Part shown: one piece after another, positions 20,585 through 28,847 of the stretch
Position numbering within the stretch: position 1 is the stretch's first letter
Layout of the letters: each line of letters begins with the position of its first letter
Assembly (NCBI GenBank): GCA_029775955.1
Contig: JARVJW010000087.1
Location: forward strand, 1 to 33,747
Direction: 5' to 3'
Source of the DNA: Nitrososphaeria archaeon
GTDB lineage: Archaea; Thermoproteota; Nitrososphaeria; Conexivisphaerales; UBA164
Length of the DNA: 33,747 bases
Notes under the pieces: model-generated
Databases searched by the model: none
Seen by the model: only the letters and a program-made list of their open reading frames with translations
Told to the model about the DNA's origin: nothing
Position numbers and translations under genes: made by a program

Positions 20585-22093
20585 GTGAAATTTAACACTG
20601 TAGTGCTAGATGTAAAGGCTGGAAAGAAATCTATTATAATTAATGAAGATGATGCAAACGAAATTGGGCTTGAGCTCAATGAAAGGGCAAGGCTAATGGT
20701 TGATGACAAAAGCGTGGTGTGCATTACGGAGACGACAAAGACTCTGGTAAAGCGCGGAACTATAGCAATTTATAAGGACATTGCAGAAGCGCTTGAATTG
20801 GAGAATGGTGGATATGTAGATGTGTCCTACGAACCGTCACCAAAGTCAGTTGAAGTCATAAGAAAGAAGATGAGGGGGGAAAAGCTGAGTGAAAACGAGA
20901 TAAATGGCATAATAGGGGATCTGATTTCTAATGAGCTAAGCGACCTGGACATTGCATCATTTCTTTTTTCAGTGCACTATAAGGGCCTGGATATGGAAGA
21001 AATCAGGAACCTCACGCTCGCGATGCTTAACTCTGGTGAAAAGTTGGAACTAAGTGGTTTTGTTGTTGATAAGCATTCAATAGGCGGCGTGCCCGGCAAC
21101 AAGGTTTCCCTGCTCATAATTCCAATTGTAGCATCCACTGACCTCTTTATACCGAAGACCAGCAGCAGGGCCATAACAAGCCCTTCAGGAACAGCCGATA
21201 CAATGTCCGTGCTTGCAAATGTTAAATTTGACCTTAAGGAAATAAAAGAGATAGTAGAGAAGACGCATGGTTGTATTGTTTGGGGCGGTGCCCTTAACCT
21301 GGCCCCGGCAGATGATATTTTGATTCGTGTTGAAAATCCACTGAGGGTGAACCCACGTGGCCTGATGCTGGCAAGCGTAATGTCAAAAAAGCTTGGCGTT
21401 GGCGCCAAAATAGTCGCCCTTGACATGCCATTGGGAAGAGGAACAAAGGTCACGGACATTACAGACGGGGAGAAACTTGCAAGAGACTTTGTAGAGCTTG
21501 GCAGGAGCCTGGGAATCAACGTAAGGGCAGGCCTCACCTATGGAGGGCAACCTGTAGGGAGGGCAATAGGCCCTGCGCTTGAGGCTAGGGAAGCGCTTGC
21601 AGCATTGATCAATCCCGATGCAGCTAGCATGAGCCTTCTGTCAAAGTCAGCCTCACTTGCGGGCATCATTCTGGAAGCATCAGGCATAAGTCAGCAGGGA
21701 CAAGGGTATGACGCAGCCATGGACGTACTTAGGTCCAATAAGGCACTATCAAAGATGAGGGAGATAATTGGAGCGCAGGGCGGAAACCCAGATATAAAGC
21801 CAGATGATCTTCCTGTTGGTACGTACAGGCACCAAGTGGTAGCAGAAAACGACGGCTACGTTACGCTTGTTGACAATGAATCTCTTGTCCAAATAGCTCG
21901 AGCCGCAGGCACGCCAGCAGACAGGGGTGCCGGAATTGTGCTCCACCAAAAGCAGGGATACAAGGTCAGGAAGGGGGATGTGCTATTTGAAATATATGCT
22001 GAAAGAAGTTCAAGGCTTTCTGACGCTGTAAATCTTGCAAGCTACTCGCCACCTATAATGCTTGAGGGAATGCTGCTGAAGTCTTACCCATAG
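20585..22093 (+). CDS. AMP phosphorylase (thymidine phosphorylase family)
   Basis: N-terminal extra domain, DKHSIGGVPGNK, PKTSSRAITSPSGTADTM, WGGALNLAPADD, GPALEAREAL; 502 aa. Confidence 0.95.
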   Translation: MKFNTVVLDVKAGKKSIIINEDDANEIGLELNERARLMVDDKSVVCITETTKTLVKRGTIAIYKDIAEALELENGGYVDVSYEPSPKSVEVIRKKMRGEKLSENEINGIIGDLISNELSDLDIASFLFSVHYKGLDMEEIRNLTLAMLNSGEKLELSGFVVDKHSIGGVPGNKVSLLIIPIVASTDLFIPKTSSRAITSPSGTADTMSVLANVKFDLKEIKEIVEKTHGCIVWGGALNLAPADDILIRVENPLRVNPRGLMLASVMSKKLGVGAKIVALDMPLGRGTKVTDITDGEKLARDFVELGRSLGINVRAGLTYGGQPVGRAIGPALEAREALAALINPDAASMSLLSKSASLAGIILEASGISQQGQGYDAAMDVLRSNKALSKMREIIGAQGGNPDIKPDDLPVGTYRHQVVAENDGYVTLVDNESLVQIARAAGTPADRGAGIVLHQKQGYKVRKGDVLFEIYAERSSRLSDAVNLASYSPPIMLEGMLLKSYP

Positions 22094-22320
22094 TCAACTA
22101 CCCAAGATTGAAATCGAGGGCTTGCCCCCTCCCAGGACTGGCATAGCTTCTACATTGGTGCTAATGTATGAGCCTGGGACTTTCTTCTGGCGCTAATCTG
22201 GAATCAATTATAGTTAAATAGACTCTGCGACACCATAGCCTCTCTCAGCAATGATGAAACTAATCTAAACAACTCACAATTCCTCTTCCCAAAGCGTGTG
22301 AGCTTATTGGTGATTTCCTG
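22093..22320 (+). mobile_element. ORF-less IS200/IS605-type miniature element with a degenerate HEARO/IscB-omegaRNA-like scaffold
   Basis: Begins GTCAACTACCC-AAGATTGAAATCGA-GGGCTTG; further omegaRNA-like motifs follow in order; ends with a CAATTCCTC... IS605-like end. Confidence 0.55.
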
Positions 22321-22364
22321 AAACTGAGATTAAACTTTTATCCTTGGAAGAACGTTATACAGTA

Positions 22365-23183
22365 TTGGTCAGGCCACTAAAGGAAATTCTAAAGGAAGAG
22401 CTTGGAAATGAAGCTAGCAGAGCCTATGGCTCATTTGACCTGATAGGTGACCTTGCAATCATAAGAGTTCCGGATGGCTTTCAGGATAAGTTAGAAATAG
22501 TTGGTAATGCCTTAATGAAATTGAATAAATCTATCCATGGCGTGTGGGCTCAGGTTGGGCCCGTGGAAGGAGATTACAGAATAAGAAAATTGATGCATGT
22601 TGCTGGCGAAGAGAGAAGTGTTACTGTTTACCGAGAATCAGGGTGCAGATTTGAACTGGATATAACCGCAGTTTACTTTTCGCCAAGGCTTGCCCATGAA
22701 AGGCTCAGGATTGCCCAACTCGTAAGTGATGGCGAAACAGTGTTCAATATGTTTGCCGGGATAGGGACATTTTCAATCATCATTGCAAAAAGGAAGCGGG
22801 TAATAGTCCACAGCAGCGAGATAAATCCAGCAGCATACCAGTACATGGCCAGGAACATTGAACTTAATAAGGTCAAGGAAAGGGTCATACCTTACCTGCG
22901 TGATGCCTGTGATGTATCAGCGCAGTTACATGGCAAAGTGGATAGGGTGCTGATGCCACTACCAGAAAAGGCACTTGAATTTTTCAGTTGTGCCCTCAGG
23001 AGCCTCAGAAGTTCAGGCTGGATTCATGTTTACATGCATGTCCCCTATTTAAAGGGCGAGTCTGCAGCTGATGCGGCAGCCAAGTCTTCGGCATCCATAA
23101 CATCAGGGAAGGTCGTAAACACAATAATTGTTAGGGAAGTCGGACCAAGGCTGTTGCAGGTTGTGCATGATGTCGTTATATGA
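22365..23183 (+). CDS. Trm5/Taw2 (Met-10+)-family SAM-dependent tRNA-modifying transferase
   Basis: SFDLIGDLAII, GDYRIR, VYFSPRL.HER, MFAGIGTF, EINP, DRVLMPLP. The TTG at 22365 is preferred over 22344 because TATA-like CTTTTATC lies at about 22335. Confidence 0.88.
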   Translation: MVRPLKEILKEELGNEASRAYGSFDLIGDLAIIRVPDGFQDKLEIVGNALMKLNKSIHGVWAQVGPVEGDYRIRKLMHVAGEERSVTVYRESGCRFELDITAVYFSPRLAHERLRIAQLVSDGETVFNMFAGIGTFSIIIAKRKRVIVHSSEINPAAYQYMARNIELNKVKERVIPYLRDACDVSAQLHGKVDRVLMPLPEKALEFFSCALRSLRSSGWIHVYMHVPYLKGESAADAAAKSSASITSGKVVNTIIVREVGPRLLQVVHDVVI

Positions 23184-23197
23184 TTGTTCCTGCATTG

Positions 23198-24262
23198 CTA
23201 ATTTGATATATGTGTGCTCCAGTTGCAAAGTGGATCATTAGCGTAAATTGTGTTAAATGCGTTTAGGGCCCTGGCAGGACACCCACCCTGGCAACTTGCC
23301 CTAAACATGCAGAAAGAGCATGGCTTAAACGTGACAGATTTCCTCTCATTAAGGTCACTGAACCTTTTTTCGATTATGTGTCGCATGTCAATCGATAGTG
23401 CATTTCCAACAGCAATCCCCTTTACCATAAGCAGGTCACAACCGTAAACTTTCCCGTCTGCGCCCACAACTATATAATTTTTTCCTGCTGGGCAAGTGAG
23501 CTTGTTGCCGATGCTGGCTCTGAAAAACTCATCCGGTTTAAGGTAGAACCTGAATCCGTTGGCAGTAATTTTCAAAGGCCCCTTATAGGCAAGCATCTGA
23601 GCAATCGCAACCCTGGCATTCCTATAAGAAAGAGATAAATGGTTTATTTCTGCGTTTCCAAAGCTCTGGACTGCTATAAAGTTCATGCCTCCAGCACCGA
23701 TTTCTTCTGCAAACATCAGCGCTCCGTTAACATCATTAAAATTCCTGTCAGAAACAGTTGTGGAAATATTAATCGGTATTGCAAGCTTTCTGAACTCCCT
23801 TACAGCCTTAATGGCCATCCTAAAACTGCCAGCGCCTCTCAACTCATCGTTTAACATCCAATTAGAAGAATCAAGGCTTACCTGCACGTGTTCAAGGCCT
23901 GATTCTGCCAGTTTTCTGGCAATATTTGATGAACCTGCAAGTCCGTTTGTTGACAACGATGGTGATAATCCAAGTTCACTTGAAAATTTTATAAGTTCAG
24001 GCAGGTGCGGGCTCATAGTTGGCTCTCCACCTAGAAAGTAAATGTACCTGGCGCCTGCTTCATCAAGTTCCCTTATTATATGCTTCCACTGATAAATGCT
24101 TAACTCTCCCCTGCCAGAGCCTGCAGAAACATAGCATGCTGCGCAACGCATATTACATCTGTTTGTCAAATATACTGTTGCGACAAATTCAGATGTCCCT
24201 CCTGAGATGTGAGGCAACGGGTATGCAGGACAATCATATGCAAAAAGATCACTAATATCCAT
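23198..24262 (-). CDS. Radical SAM/SPASM-domain protein (PqqE/MftC-like)
   Basis: CNMRCAAC (CxxxCxxC), LGGEP, STNG, QVSLD; SPASM cysteines CPAG...GKVYGC...CSFC.....CQGGC...DPLC. Confidence 0.93.
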   Translation of the reverse strand: MDISDLFAYDCPAYPLPHISGGTSEFVATVYLTNRCNMRCAACYVSAGSGRGELSIYQWKHIIRELDEAGARYIYFLGGEPTMSPHLPELIKFSSELGLSPSLSTNGLAGSSNIARKLAESGLEHVQVSLDSSNWMLNDELRGAGSFRMAIKAVREFRKLAIPINISTTVSDRNFNDVNGALMFAEEIGAGGMNFIAVQSFGNAEINHLSLSYRNARVAIAQMLAYKGPLKITANGFRFYLKPDEFFRASIGNKLTCPAGKNYIVVGADGKVYGCDLLMVKGIAVGNALSIDMRHIIEKRFSDLNERKSVTFKPCSFCMFRASCQGGCPARALNAFNTIYANDPLCNWSTHISN

Positions 24263-24264
24263 TG

Positions 24265-24348
24265 CTAACAGCCTGTCTGATTTTTCTGCTTAAACGGTTG
24301 GAATATAGCAACAATTGAATCTTTTTTACTAGGTTTTTGAAATTCCAA
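24265..24348 (-). CDS. Candidate 27-aa peptide MEFQKPSKKDSIVAIFQPFKQKNQTGC (possible rSAM substrate)
   Basis: TTG start preceded by AGGGAGTGA, with AAAAGATTTATT about 23-28 nt upstream; stop lies 2 nt before the rSAM ATG. Confidence 0.5.
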   Translation of the reverse strand: MEFQKPSKKDSIVAIFQPFKQKNQTGC

Positions 24349-24459
24349 TCACTCCCTGCTATCAATACGGAATAAATCTTTTGCGAGCCAATTGACAAAT
24401 AGCGCGCTTAATTTATCAATTATAATTGGAATCACGGCAATACCACTAACAATGCCCAT
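24349..24459 (-). CDS. Candidate 36-aa hydrophobic small protein MGIVSGIAVIPIIIDKLSALFVNWLAKDLFRIDSRE
   Basis: ATG about 30 nt downstream of CTTTTATAT (24493-24485); its TGA abuts the TTG of the next ORF in frame. Confidence 0.3.
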   Translation of the reverse strand: MGIVSGIAVIPIIIDKLSALFVNWLAKDLFRIDSRE

Positions 24460-24506
24460 TAATGATTATTATTTAATTGCCCAAATATAAAAGCTCTTTT
24501 GCTAAT

Positions 24507-25320
24507 CTAGGGTGTGGGACACTATTATTGCATGGTTACCTATCAAAGTTGAATAGATTATGAACTGGTGCATAGTTTTCAATTCTCTCATCACGCCTCT
24601 GGGCAAACCAGCATCTTCTGCAGCAAAGCGTCGGAATTGCTCCTCTGATGATATTGTTCAAGGTATTTTATTTAGTTACAAACTCTTTCATAATGTCCCA
24701 CTTCTGGGAACCATTTAACATTGAATTTGGAATTATGTACACCTTCCCGCAAACATGTCATGTAGTGCCTGTCATGCCTTGCTGTATCAATGTCAACATG
24801 TCAGCATTGCCCTGTCAAAGACATTCATTTCTGGCTTGAACATGTACATCATTCAGGTCCATTATGGCGAACATGTAGGTAAAGAGCTGCTTTTTTCTTA
24901 TTGACCTTTGCCATACCCTTCTGGGCATAGTTGATGGTCAAGGAGTAGCCTGTGCCGTCACGCATCAGATGTTGTGATTCCCTTCTTACTTAACAGCAGG
25001 ACATGCAGGTTGTGAATAGCTATCATTACCTCAGGGTCAGAGCTTCTCAATTGTCTTGCAGGAAACTTCTTACGTCATTAAAAATATTACCAATATATCC
25101 TGTTTGACCAAGCTGATTAATCAGGAGAAGCTTGACCCATCTTAAAGAGAATGGCCTGCTCTATCTAGATTACGCTGACAGCTCAATGCACCAGAGGTCT
25201 GAGCATTTTCATTGCTTCTCCGCAAAGTCCTCCAATCCCTTTTTTGGATTGCTCAGTTTGCTGATATAATCATTGATTTCTGGATACCGTCGCTGTGCAG
25301 CCTGCTATGTATATAAACTG
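24507..25320 (-). pseudogene. Decayed archaeal DDE transposase (ISNCY/ISA1214-like) with candidate terminal repeat
   Basis: Minus-strand fragments: KVYIIP, LNGSQKW, YLEQYHQRSNS, AQRRDERIE, HNLFNFDR*; end sequence CTAGGGTGTGGGACAC at 24507-24522; the far boundary is approximate. Confidence 0.65.
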
Positions 25321-25631
25321 GGAAGTTCGTCTCTCTATATAGCGAATAACGTTATGTTTTTTTGTTATGGTAAAATACCCTTACAGCTTGATTTTTTTAT
25401 CCTTGCTAAATAATTTTTTCACTTATATTATTGCTATTTATCATATACAATGCATATACTGCGTTCTTTTATAATTTACACGGCGTCATTATTATTTTAC
25501 AAATGCAACTATAAAGAGCCTTTTACTCGCTTTTATCCAAGTGACTTTGTTAAAATATTGATAAAATGTTTTAATGATATGCGGCATACAAAGCTGTACA
25601 TTTAATGATAAAATTCAAAAAAAGCGTTAAT

Positions 25632-26129
25632 TTATGTGTGTTTTGGCTTCCTTAGTTGTGCTATTTCCCAAAGTGAAGTAATAAATAGGAAAATGCCAAA
25701 CCCTAAACTAATTCCGAACAGCATATCATACACGTGATAAGAAACGTAGTAAGGAGTGTGCGATATGAATACAGGAATTATATAAAGGTGATATGTTTCT
25801 AATGCTGGAAAATCATAGGGGTCAATATATTGAAACATAAGGATGAAGGAAAATATGAATAAAATCACTGGCCATATTATGTGCCCCTTGCCTTTCCTAA
25901 GCGATGCATAATCTATCACCGCTACGACGATTATAATTAGGGCAATTATAGAACTGATGCCGACATCGAGGAAATTATATGTATGAGGATAATAGTTGTA
26001 ACTTTCTAACATTGCGATAGGCACTGAAATCAATAAGAGAATGCCTATAATTATGTTTGCAATAGAAAGTGTACGTACAGAAATGTTATGGAGTTCGGGT
26101 TCATAATTATTACTACTGCTCATAGTCAT
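25632..26129 (-). CDS. Hypothetical membrane protein (about 4 TM helices)
   Basis: 165-aa ORF with four hydrophobic stretches; TATA-like CTTATATA about 25 nt upstream; AT-rich context. Confidence 0.75.
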   Translation of the reverse strand: MTMSSSNNYEPELHNISVRTLSIANIIIGILLLISVPIAMLESYNYYPHTYNFLDVGISSIIALIIIVVAVIDYASLRKGKGHIIWPVILFIFSFILMFQYIDPYDFPALETYHLYIIPVFISHTPYYVSYHVYDMLFGISLGFGIFLFITSLWEIAQLRKPKHT

Positions 26130-26299
26130 TCATAATTTATGATAATTATAATATATAAGCTTTTATATTTGTATCAGTACTTCCGCAAGTATAGCATTTC
26201 ACTCTTTTAGAGCAATTCATTTAGGGCATCATTAGCTTATAGATTTTAGAGATGAACAAACCAATGAGGTCCAACAGGAAAAGTTATCCTCTAAAGCCT

Positions 26300-27070
26300 T
26301 GAATCAGAACTTTGTCGTACCATTTCAAATATACAACAGATAGCATAATAAGATCTCTGAATTACATGTAAGTTAACAATCAACCTTAACTGGCTCAAAA
26401 GCGCAACATTGATGCTCCATCTCCTGATTCTCCGCAGGCTTGGATTATGCTGTAAGAGCATTAACAGACAAAAGCATTATGTTAAAGATGATGGTTATAG
26501 ACTGTACAGAGACATGACAAGATCGACAGAGATGTTACTGGGGGCAAGATAAACACCGACAAACTTTGCCACAATAAGCGCTGTTGGCAAGGATGAAGGC
26601 ATGAGGCTGACGCTCTTCCAGTTACCAGGCTCGATATCAAGGAGAACGTTGTAATTGCTTGAGAATTCACCAAGGCCTTCACCTTTCCTCATGGACAGGG
26701 GGGTTCTTCACCATTGAAGGTTGCTGGAGGGGCTTAAGATAAACTTCATAATTCCAGCAGTGAAGAATGGAAGGGTCATAAGGCATACATAGTGAGCTGC
26801 CTGCTGTAATTGATTACCCCATGGAGGTAGGCTTGGTAATAGCAAAGATGAACTGTAAGAATGATGGCAGGCCGGAGGACAGATATATGGCATTTGTTAC
26901 AAATTTTTGATAGCGCTGAACAGATGATAAGTGCAATCCCTGAGGAGTACAGGTGGGGCAAGGATAATGCATGTAAGATGGGTTTGAGGTCATCAAGCAG
27001 GAATTTCGTTGTAAGGGTTGTTTACTTGCAATAATCTGTACAATGCTTGTACCGAGGGAGCAATCACAGA
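26300..27070 (+). pseudogene. ISH3-family (IS4-like) transposase, decayed
   Basis: Fragments VIDCTE, NFATISAV...RLTL/LPVT, MDRG-FF (extra G), FIIPAVKN, MAFVTN, GFEVIKQEF, LLAII-LYNA; boundaries approximate. Confidence 0.7.
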
Positions 27071-27084
27071 CTGTCACTGCATAT

Positions 27085-27214
27085 AAATTCAGGCGCGCCG
27101 TTGGAAGGCTATAAGGGAGGAAACTAGCCCGTGCGGAGGAACTGCCTCTACTGTGAAGGCGGATAAGCAAGTTTGTTCCTATGACGCAAGAAGCTTAAGC
27201 CGTAGGTAATTCAC
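27085..27214 (+). mobile_element. tnpB 3' tail and right end (omegaRNA region) of an IS200/IS605 element
   Basis: GGAGGAACTGCCTCTACTG...GCAAGAAGC...GGTAATTCAC; homologous to 946-1019. Confidence 0.65.
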
Positions 27215-27281
27215 ATTGACAATTCATTTCCTGTCTTATGCCATGGGACTTGTAAAACCTTTTTGTTACTGGCTGCAAAGG

Positions 27282-27366
27282 CGCCGGGGGTGGGATTTGA
27301 ACCCGCAGGGCTGAGACAGCCACAGGCTCTCAAGGCCTGCCCCATACCAAATTAGGGGACCCCGGC
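27282..27366 (-). tRNA. tRNA-Ser (anticodon TGA), no intron
   Basis: GCCGGGG/CCCCGGC acceptor stem, G discriminator, CAGGC-CT-TGA-GA-GCCTG anticodon arm, long variable arm GGCTG-TCT-CAGCC, TTCAAAT T-loop; CCA not fully encoded. Confidence 0.95.
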
Positions 27367-28730
27367 TACATCCATTCCTTAAGGTTAGCCCTACTTAAAA
27401 GTTCAGCTGCGAACTTGCCTGATTTTTCATATACTTCATTTTCATCTACAGTTAAAACTTTCCCGCTCTTTTTCAGGAACCTGCCATCAACAATCAGGTC
27501 AGTGCAATCCATACCCGTGCCTGCATAGATAAGGTTGGAAACTGGGGCCACAGGGGGGACAAGATGAGGTGCCCTCAGGTTGAAAATTGCAATGTCTGCC
27601 CTTTTCCCCTTTTCAATTGACCCAGTGAGTTGTTCTATCCCCATAGACCACGCGCCGTTTATTGTAGCGATCTTTATCATGTCAAACACGCTAATTGCCT
27701 GAGGATTCAGGCTGTTTACTTTCTGTAGAAGCAAGGCTAACTTCATCTCCCTTACCAGGTCATAGTCGTCATTGCTTGGTGCACCATCTGTGCCTATCGT
27801 AACATTTACGTTCTTCTCCATCATTCTGGTGATTGGAGCTACGCCAGAACCAAGCTTGCTGTTAGATGATGGGTTGTGTGAAACGCTTGTGCCGCTCTGT
27901 GCAAATATTTCCATGTCATCATCGTTCAACCATACTCCATGTACGTAAACGTAGTTTCTACCAACCATCCCCAAATCTTTTAGAAACTTGCCAGGCGATT
28001 TGCCCCTGCTGGCAAAGTACCTGATGTCGTCCCTTACTTCAGCTAGATGCATTGTTACGCCTGACCTATGCTCCCTCACTGTGTCCGCTATTCTCCTGAA
28101 CAGTTCGTCGCTTACGGCACCCGGCGTTCTGGGCGAAAACCATATCCACACCCTGTTGTCCCTACTATGCCACTTCCTGTACATGTGTTCATAAATTTTG
28201 AAGGATGTTTCAACATCTTCAACCAGCCCCTGGTGCAGTATCTGTGGCTTATCAGCGTAGCCAGGTGTATCCATTACCTGCTTGCCTATAGCTGCCCTCA
28301 TACCGCTCTTGTAAACGTTTTCGATCGTCCTATCTGTGTTATATCTGGCATTTATTGAAGTAGCTATAAACGATGACGTTCCGCTGTTTATCATCTCCAG
28401 AAGTGTCAACTTTGTGCTTATGTCCATTATATCCTCGCTCATGCTGCCCTGCAGTGGCCAGACATAATCTTTAAGCCACTCTATAAGTGCTACATTGTCA
28501 GGCACAAGCCCCCTCAGTATCCCCTGTGCCAAATGCACATGGGTGTTTATAAATCCAGGAAACACGATTTTATTTTTTCCATCAATCACAAACTCCGCCT
28601 TTCCCTGGACTCGTTTGCCCACGTCTACTATTTCTCCGTTTTCTATAAGAACAGAACCGTCCTTTATTATTTCATTTTTACTGTTGGCGGTGACCACAGT
28701 GGAATCCTTTATAAGAATCGTGTCGCTCAT
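27366..28730 (-). CDS. Metal-dependent amidohydrolase (MTA/SAH-deaminase, AtzA-like family)
   Basis: PGFINTHVHL, MHLAE, VHGVW, HNPSSN.KLGSG, GTDGAPSN, GSIEKGKRAD. Confidence 0.92.
   Translation of the reverse strand: MSDTILIKDSTVVTANSKNEIIKDGSVLIENGEIVDVGKRVQGKAEFVIDGKNKIVFPGFINTHVHLAQGILRGLVPDNVALIEWLKDYVWPLQGSMSEDIMDISTKLTLLEMINSGTSSFIATSINARYNTDRTIENVYKSGMRAAIGKQVMDTPGYADKPQILHQGLVEDVETSFKIYEHMYRKWHSRDNRVWIWFSPRTPGAVSDELFRRIADTVREHRSGVTMHLAEVRDDIRYFASRGKSPGKFLKDLGMVGRNYVYVHGVWLNDDDMEIFAQSGTSVSHNPSSNSKLGSGVAPITRMMEKNVNVTIGTDGAPSNDDYDLVREMKLALLLQKVNSLNPQAISVFDMIKIATINGAWSMGIEQLTGSIEKGKRADIAIFNLRAPHLVPPVAPVSNLIYAGTGMDCTDLIVDGRFLKKSGKVLTVDENEVYEKSGKFAAELLSRANLKEWM
27394..27401 (-). promoter_or_regulatory. 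Probable TATA box of tRNA-Ser, inside the amidohydrolase CDS
   Basis: GCTGAA-CTTTTAAG lies 28-35 nt upstream of the tRNA 5' G. Confidence 0.55.
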
Positions 28731-28847
28731 ACATTTACCTCCTATGCATCATTTAAAATATTATCGTAGCCGTTTTAGACCAAGGGTTAGAAACAGCCAC
28801 GATGATCTTTATAAGGGGCTATAATATATATGAAGATAAAGGAAATA

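Noticed and set aside
24349..24351. In-frame TGA as selenocysteine recoding
   Set aside because: No SECIS-like hairpin, redox motif or Sec machinery is visible
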